From contig JBAXOG010000001.1 of the NCBI GenBank assembly GCA_037133395.1, forward strand, positions 38,123-102,122: a stretch of 64,000 bases of DNA, written 5' to 3'. This stretch comes from a bacterium. Its GTDB lineage: Bacteria > Verrucomicrobiota > Kiritimatiellia > RFP12 > UBA1067. The first letter of the stretch is position 1. Each line of letters starts with the position of its first letter. This document shows, in pieces, positions 59,104 to 64,000 of this stretch. The notes below the pieces were generated by a model. That model was not told the origin of the DNA, searched no databases, and was given only the letters and a program-made list of their open reading frames with translations. Position numbers and translations under genes: made by a program.

Positions 59104-59152
59104 GGAGGGACGAGCGTCTGCTCGTCCAGTCACGCAGACGCGTGACCCTCCC
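59104..59152. repeat. Structured repeat C2: GGGAGGG-[GGACGAGC hairpin]-[GTCACGC/GCGTGAC hairpin]-CCCTCCC in the oadB 3' UTR
   Basis: Near-identical to C1 apart from a compensatory G-C to T-A change in hairpin 2. Confidence 0.55.
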
Positions 59153-59249
59153 AACCCCAGAAACAAGAGCCCTGCCACCAAGGCGCAATAACCCAAATAA
59201 GGCAATAAGGCAATAAGGAACAAGCGTATCCGCTTCGTGTAATTCTTCT

Positions 59250-59951
59250 ATGTTAAGCGCATTTGTATTGGCGACAGTGGCCGTGGTGTTAGCGGAAATG
59301 GGCGACAAGACCCAATTGCTGGCCATGGCTTTTGCCACACGTTTCCGTTGGCAGACGGTGCTCTGGGCTGTGCTGATCGCAACGCTTTTAAACCATCTGC
59401 TCGCTGTTGCCCTTGGTAATGTGATCACACAGTTCATTCCTTTGGATTGGATCAAGCTTGTGGCTGCGGCCTCCTTCATCGTCTTCGCTTTATGGACCAT
59501 CCGTGGCGACACGCTCGACGGTGAAGATCAGCGGCAAGGACGCAGCCCCTTCTGGACCGTGGCCATCGCTTTCTTTCTTGCCGAGATGGGTGACAAGACC
59601 CAACTCATGACGATTGCGCTCGCGGCTGACGAAGCAGTCAAGATCGGTGGCGCCGGATGGCTTGCCAAGTGTCAGCAGATCATTCCCGTCTGGATGGGAA
59701 CCACCACCGGCATGTTGATCGCGGATGCCTTTGGAATTGTCGTGGGCATCGTACTGCACAAGCACATCCCAGAGAAGGTCGTGAAATGGGTTGCCGCGCT
59801 CTGCTTTGCTGGCTTCGGTCTGGTTGGACTGCATGATGCGCTCGACCATCTGCTCAAGCCAGGCACGACAACTCACCACCCTTATCTCATCGCTTCGGTT
59901 GTGCTCTTGCCTCTCGTCATGTGGGGCATCTCCAAAATCAAAACCCCCTAA
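59250..59951 (+). CDS. UPF0016 / GDT1-TMEM165-family cation (Mn2+/Ca2+) transporter
   Basis: Two E-x-G-D-K-T-Q-L motifs (EMGDKTQLLAMA and EMGDKTQLMTIA). Confidence 0.8.
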   Translation: MLSAFVLATVAVVLAEMGDKTQLLAMAFATRFRWQTVLWAVLIATLLNHLLAVALGNVITQFIPLDWIKLVAAASFIVFALWTIRGDTLDGEDQRQGRSPFWTVAIAFFLAEMGDKTQLMTIALAADEAVKIGGAGWLAKCQQIIPVWMGTTTGMLIADAFGIVVGIVLHKHIPEKVVKWVAALCFAGFGLVGLHDALDHLLKPGTTTHHPYLIASVVLLPLVMWGISKIKTP

Positions 59952-60002
59952 AAGAAGTCTTCACAGTTTGCAGTAAAATTTGCGACAACCCGTGAAGAAC
60001 AA

Positions 60003-60036
60003 AAAAAGGCGCACCCGCAAGGGCGCGCCTTTTTCA
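60003..60036. terminator. Bidirectional rho-independent terminator between convergent genes
   Basis: AAAAAAAGGCGCACCCGCAAGGGCGCGCCTTTTT: a GC-rich stem flanked by an A-run and a T-run. Confidence 0.6.
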
Positions 60037-60050
60037 ATGTGATCACGTCT

Positions 60051-61394
60051 TTATACGATCGGGAGCGTGGCCGCTCCACGATAAGCACGCGTCAGCCAGG
60101 CTGGATCGCCCGTACCGTTGGTAAAGGCGAACGCCTTCGGATCCCAGCACATACGCTGCTTATTATAATAGGCCTGGCTCATCAAGTGGCAAGCGATCGC
60201 GGTGTGACCGCCAACCAGCTCGCTGGTGATGGGCTTTGCGTTGCGATCCCTGACACAGTCTAGGAAATTGCGAACATGATTCTTGCTGACTTCCAGCTTA
60301 ATCTTCGCATCCTTCAGGAATGTCTTGGTCGCCTTGGCACAGGCACCTTCGCAAGAAAGTGTCTTGTCCTGCTCCTTGTCAAGGAAACGGACGAAATCCT
60401 TACCCTCCATCATGAGGTGGAATTTGCCGCGCGCAGCAAACACTTCGCCGGTTTCACCAACGAATTTCAGACCATTGCCCTTGGCAATGTGCGTAAGCGT
60501 CACACCGTTGGCATACTTCATCGACACACCATCCGTATTGTTCGGATTCGTCGAAGGAAGAATCTCAACAGGACCGCTATCGTCCATGCCCATACCCCAA
60601 TGAGCAATGTCAATGTGATGCGCACCCCAGTCACCAATCATGCCAGTTCCAAATTCACGATAGAGACGCCAGTGCGGAAATCCCTTGTGAACGCCGCGAG
60701 GCGAGAGCTGTGAATTGTACCCCACGAGTGGCGCAGGACCGCACCACTTGTCCCAGTCGAGTCCAGGTTCCGCGGCTTCTTCCTTTTGATTAAACGGAAT
60801 AGCGGGAGCGCCAATATTAATTTCAATGGTCTTGATCTTGCCGAGCACATTATTCCTAACCAGTTCGCAGGCGACGCGGAATTCTGGATTAGAGGAACGC
60901 TGCATCGACCCCGTTTGCAACACGCGGTTATATTTCTTCACCGCATTCATGACGGCGATCGCTTCTTTGATGTTATGGGTCAGCGGCTTCTCGCAATAGA
61001 CATCTTTGCCAGCCTTCAAAGCTTCGATCGTGACAATGGCATGCCAGTGATCGGGTGTCGCAACGATGACCACATCAATGGACTTGTCCGCGAGTAATTC
61101 ACGATAATCATTATAGGCCTTAACTTCAGGCCCGCCATTCTTATACGCTTCCTTCAAGGAGTCAAATGCGGCTGTACGGCGCGTGGTGTCCACATCGCAT
61201 ACCGCAACAATCTCAACCCCATCATTAGACCGGAATCCGTTCATCACGCCACGCATTTGCGTGCCCATGCCCACGCAGCCGACACGAATCTTCGCATTCG
61301 CCTTGGTCCCTTGAGCCCAGACGCCTGACGGCAATATAAGCGGCGCACCCGCGCACGCAAGCCCCTTCAACATTGTTCTACGATTAAAATACAT
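60051..61394 (-). CDS. TAT-secreted Gfo/Idh/MocA-family oxidoreductase (paralog of 18491-19843)
   Basis: RRTMLKGLACAGAPLILP TAT motif, GCVGMGTQ Rossmann. AGGGAGGAG RBS before the internal Met (MYFNRR). The ORF track start is 61430. Confidence 0.75.
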   Translation of the reverse strand: MYFNRRTMLKGLACAGAPLILPSGVWAQGTKANAKIRVGCVGMGTQMRGVMNGFRSNDGVEIVAVCDVDTTRRTAAFDSLKEAYKNGGPEVKAYNDYRELLADKSIDVVIVATPDHWHAIVTIEALKAGKDVYCEKPLTHNIKEAIAVMNAVKKYNRVLQTGSMQRSSNPEFRVACELVRNNVLGKIKTIEINIGAPAIPFNQKEEAAEPGLDWDKWCGPAPLVGYNSQLSPRGVHKGFPHWRLYREFGTGMIGDWGAHHIDIAHWGMGMDDSGPVEILPSTNPNNTDGVSMKYANGVTLTHIAKGNGLKFVGETGEVFAARGKFHLMMEGKDFVRFLDKEQDKTLSCEGACAKATKTFLKDAKIKLEVSKNHVRNFLDCVRDRNAKPITSELVGGHTAIACHLMSQAYYNKQRMCWDPKAFAFTNGTGDPAWLTRAYRGAATLPIV

Positions 61395-61514
61395 CTTCAA
61401 CTCCTCCCTTGTTGTTATTATTTTTATCATACCCTATTTCAGTCCGGCTGACAACTCTACGTTTTTAAAGTGCACCGTTCTTGGGTGTATTATTCCGGTC
61501 TTCCCGGTGTCCGC

Positions 61515-62342
61515 TCATTTCCAGGCAACTTTCCGAATCTCGCGCGGAGCGACCCCCTGAAGTTGCCGAACACTGCGCGAAAAATGGAATGGATTCTTAA
61601 ACCCGCATTGATAGGCAATCTCGGAAATCGTAAGCCCCGTTTCGGAGAGTAACCGGATACCCTTCTCGGTGCGTAGTTGCCACAGATACCGCGACGGCGT
61701 ATTACCCGTGACTGTCTTAAACTTGTAGATAAAAGCCGTTTCAGAATATCCGGAGAGCCGCTTAGCCTCCTTGAGGCACGCCTCCTCCGATAAGTGATCT
61801 TCCAAATGGCGAAGCACACGATGAATCACTGGATCGGTCTGATTTCTGGCATGCGTGGCACCATGCAAAAACTCAGCAAATAGCGCCATGGCCAACTGAT
61901 CAACAACCTGTTGCGACGCTTTCGGCTCTGTCATGCGAAGTAAGAATGTGGCTGACACAAGCCGCTGAAAGCACTCAGAGGGAGGCAATCCATTATCTGA
62001 AGAGGCGAGTAACGCGCTTTTCATCTCCCGGGACAATGCGCGGGGCGAAACACTACACCAGAAATGGCGCGTTTTCTGGGTCTCTGAAAAGACAAACTGT
62101 TCGCGATGGCCAGGCGTAAAGAGATAGACCTTGTCAATCTGCAAGGGGAAGGTCCGCTGGTCAACAGATACCGTGCAAGTACCGGAATAAATCATCACCA
62201 ATTGAAAATCACGCTGGATGCGAGGTCCGCAGTAGCCCCCGGGACTATAGCCGACCTCTCCAATAGTCGAGTTGACAGAATGGATATGCCTCTGGCTCCA
62301 CTCTGCCTTTTCTCCATCGTAAGCTATATCGCTCTTTTTCAT
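61515..62342 (-). CDS. AraC-family transcriptional regulator (N-terminal cupin-like sensor)
   Basis: C-terminal dual HTH (LSGYSETAFIYKFKTVTGNTPSRYLWQLR). Confidence 0.75.
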   Translation of the reverse strand: MKKSDIAYDGEKAEWSQRHIHSVNSTIGEVGYSPGGYCGPRIQRDFQLVMIYSGTCTVSVDQRTFPLQIDKVYLFTPGHREQFVFSETQKTRHFWCSVSPRALSREMKSALLASSDNGLPPSECFQRLVSATFLLRMTEPKASQQVVDQLAMALFAEFLHGATHARNQTDPVIHRVLRHLEDHLSEEACLKEAKRLSGYSETAFIYKFKTVTGNTPSRYLWQLRTEKGIRLLSETGLTISEIAYQCGFKNPFHFSRSVRQLQGVAPREIRKVAWK

Positions 62343-62447
62343 TGATTCATTTCAACAAATCTCCACCCACTTCACAAGACATTACTCATCCGTTCTATGC
62401 GCAAGGCGCATCAGAGATTGAGTGCATGCGCAAATAGGCTGGGCGAA

Positions 62448-62531
62448 TAGGCGTCCTCGCCTGTTCGCTGGTCCGGCTGTAGCCAGACCAGCTATATATC
62501 CTATGCTACGTTGTACAGGCGAGGACGCCTA
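62448..62531. promoter_or_regulatory. 17-bp perfect inverted repeat TAGGCGTCCTCGCCTGT ... ACAGGCGAGGACGCCTA, spaced 50 nt with a nested hairpin, in divergent promoter region
   Basis: Direct reading. Lies between the divergently transcribed araC-family gene and the URO-D-family gene. Confidence 0.35.
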
Positions 62532-62664
62532 TACGCCCAAGATTACAAAAAATCGCAGATGCGTCCTTGTTGCACATTTGAAATCCTAGATATGTTTTTG
62601 AAATTTAAGGCATTCCATTTTTGTCCCCGTTCTGCGAGAATAATGAGGACATAAGGAGATTTTT

Positions 62665-63915
62665 ATGAATCACCGAGAACGTTTACAAATGACATTGAAC
62701 CATCAACAGCCCGACCGCGTGGCGGTTGATTTCGGAAGTACCGCCGTGACTGGCATCCATGTCGCAGCCATCCATCGCCTCAGACAGGCACTTCTCCCAG
62801 ACCCCGCCTACCGCGTTAAGGTAATAGAGCCCTATCAGATGCTGGGAGAAATCGACGCGGAACTGGCCGAGACGCTCGGTGTCGATGTTGAAGGCTTGTT
62901 GACACGCAAGACGCTTTTCGGGTTCGAAAACAAAAGCTGGAAACCCTTTACCTTGTTTGACGGAACACCTGTTCTCGTTCCATCAGACTTCAATATTACG
63001 ACGGAACCCAATGGAGACCTGCTTATTTATCCGGAAGGGGACCTCTCTGCCCCACCGAGCGGACGCATGCCAAAAGGCTTTCACTTCTTTGACTCCCTCA
63101 TCCGGCAGCCTCCTGTGGATGACGATCATCTGAATCCTGCGGACAATACCGAGGAGTTCGGCTTGCTCAGCGCTGACGATATCGCCTATTACACGCGACG
63201 TGCTGCCGAATTGAGGGCCTCAGGAAAGGGCGTCGTGATGACCATGCCCGGCACGGCCTTCGGCGATATCGCACTCGTTCCCGCCCCCTGGATGAAATAT
63301 CCCAAGGGCATACGCGACATCGAGGAATGGTATATTTCAACAGCTATCCGCAAGGAGTATGTCCATGCGATCTTTGAAAAGCAGTGTGAGATCGGATTGA
63401 AAAATCTACAAACACTCATTGACCTTTTGGGGAATACTGTACAGGCTGTCTTTCTGACAGGCACGGACTTTGGAACCCAACGCGGACTCTTCATCAGTCC
63501 TGACGCCTATCGCGAAATGTTCAAGCCTTACCATATAGCCATCAATAAATTCATTCATTCGAACTCGCCGTGGAAAACCTTCATCCACTCCTGTGGCGCG
63601 GTTAGCGAACTGATCCCTGATTTCATTGAGGCTGGCTTCGACATCCTAAACCCCGTACAATGTTCAGCAGAGGGTATGGATGCTAAGATGCTGAAGTGCG
63701 AATTTGGCAAGGAGCTCACCTTCTGGGGCGCGGCAGCCAATACGCAGCAGACGCTTGCGTTCGGCACCCCGGAGGAGGTCTACCGCGAATGCTGCGAGCG
63801 TATTGAGATCTTCGGCGAAGGCGGCGGCTTTGTCTTTGATGCCATCCATAATGTCCAAGCCACCACGCCGGTAGAGAACATGTTGGCCATGTTCAAGGCG
63901 ATCAACCAGCAGTAG
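62665..63915 (+). CDS. Uroporphyrinogen-decarboxylase (URO-D)/MtaA-superfamily protein of unknown substrate
   Basis: C-terminal IHSCGAV...GFDILNPVQ...FWGAAANTQQTLAFGTPEEV pattern of the URO-D TIM-barrel family. Confidence 0.65.
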   Translation: MNHRERLQMTLNHQQPDRVAVDFGSTAVTGIHVAAIHRLRQALLPDPAYRVKVIEPYQMLGEIDAELAETLGVDVEGLLTRKTLFGFENKSWKPFTLFDGTPVLVPSDFNITTEPNGDLLIYPEGDLSAPPSGRMPKGFHFFDSLIRQPPVDDDHLNPADNTEEFGLLSADDIAYYTRRAAELRASGKGVVMTMPGTAFGDIALVPAPWMKYPKGIRDIEEWYISTAIRKEYVHAIFEKQCEIGLKNLQTLIDLLGNTVQAVFLTGTDFGTQRGLFISPDAYREMFKPYHIAINKFIHSNSPWKTFIHSCGAVSELIPDFIEAGFDILNPVQCSAEGMDAKMLKCEFGKELTFWGAAANTQQTLAFGTPEEVYRECCERIEIFGEGGGFVFDAIHNVQATTPVENMLAMFKAINQQ

Positions 63916-63965
63916 GCAGCCGGCAGTAGGCAGTTGGCAGTGGCAGTAGCAGTGGCAGTAGGCAG
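63916..63965 (+). repeat. GGCAGTN heptamer-like tandem array (GGCAGTAGGCAGTTGGCAGTGGCAGTAGCAGTGGCAGTAGGCAGTT)
   Basis: Direct reading after the stop codon at 63915. Confidence 0.55.
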
Positions 63966-64000
63966 TTTGCATTGCACGTTCCAAGTCCCACGTCCCAAGT

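Noticed and set aside
59170-59215. GGCAATAA x3 tandem repeat before the GDT1-family gene
   Set aside because: Only three short units. Recorded here but too small to call a feature.
1-64000. CRISPR arrays, tRNA, rRNA, tmRNA
   Set aside because: No evenly spaced 25-40-bp repeat-spacer arrays and no tRNA-like T-loop/acceptor patterns were seen by eye. The short heptamer arrays are far too small and irregular to be CRISPR.

Overview
The window is a 64-kb chromosomal segment, most likely from a PVC-superphylum anaerobe (Verrucomicrobia, Lentisphaerae or Kiritimatiellae). The lineage call is a low-confidence inference from content: GC about 55-60 %, PATR autotransporter-type repeat proteins, TAT-secreted Gfo/Idh/MocA oxidoreductases, many large secreted glycoside hydrolases, and oadGAB plus ppdK.

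Layout:
- 1-1170 (minus): SPFH/stomatin and NfeD pair.
- 1239-3338 (minus): trifunctional HemC-CobA-HemD fusion.
- 3378-11140: a 7.7-kb restriction-modification island, Type III-like Res (1032 aa) - COG2865 Schlafen-like AlbA_2/HATPase_c_4 protein - long Mod (879 aa). It is flanked by two diverged copies of a hairpin motif and sits between tetrapyrrole genes. This is the best candidate for an accessory or novel system in the window.
- 11168-13186 (minus): a 150-aa hypothetical and a SirC-HemA fusion.
- 13230-14696: YihY/BrkB membrane protein.
- 14700-15080: a repeat-rich intergenic region with a MITE-like 13-bp direct-repeat-bounded element.
- 15071-38001 (minus): a tightly packed carbohydrate-degradation locus. 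Its genes are a metallophosphoesterase-domain protein, a TAT Gfo/Idh/MocA (GH109-like), two tandem paralogous giant GH106-like hydrolases, a GH78 alpha-L-rhamnosidase, a PATR beta-strand-repeat protein and a GH92 mannosidase. They are governed by a LuxR-type response regulator and a Y_Y_Y-type sensor kinase.
- 38220-63915 (mostly plus): housekeeping and metabolic genes. These are nifU, a CDP-alcohol phosphatidyltransferase, gatCAB, pilB-pilT-pilB ATPases, ppdK, pstS-C-A-B-B-phoU, oadGAB, a UPF0016/GDT1 transporter, a second TAT Gfo/Idh/MocA, an AraC regulator and a URO-D-family protein.

Beyond genes, there are several families of short structured or tandem repeats that recur across the window:
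- a GGGAGGG-hairpin-hairpin-CCCTCCC three-part element at 3' ends of genes;
- GAACCCY and GGCAGTN heptamer arrays;
- homologous intergenic blocks at 32.9-33.3 kb and 38.0-38.1 kb.

No rRNA, tRNA, CRISPR array, integrase or transposase was recognisable. All calls come from reading ORF translations and sequence by eye; no searches were run. Hand-derived coordinates may be off by a few nucleotides.
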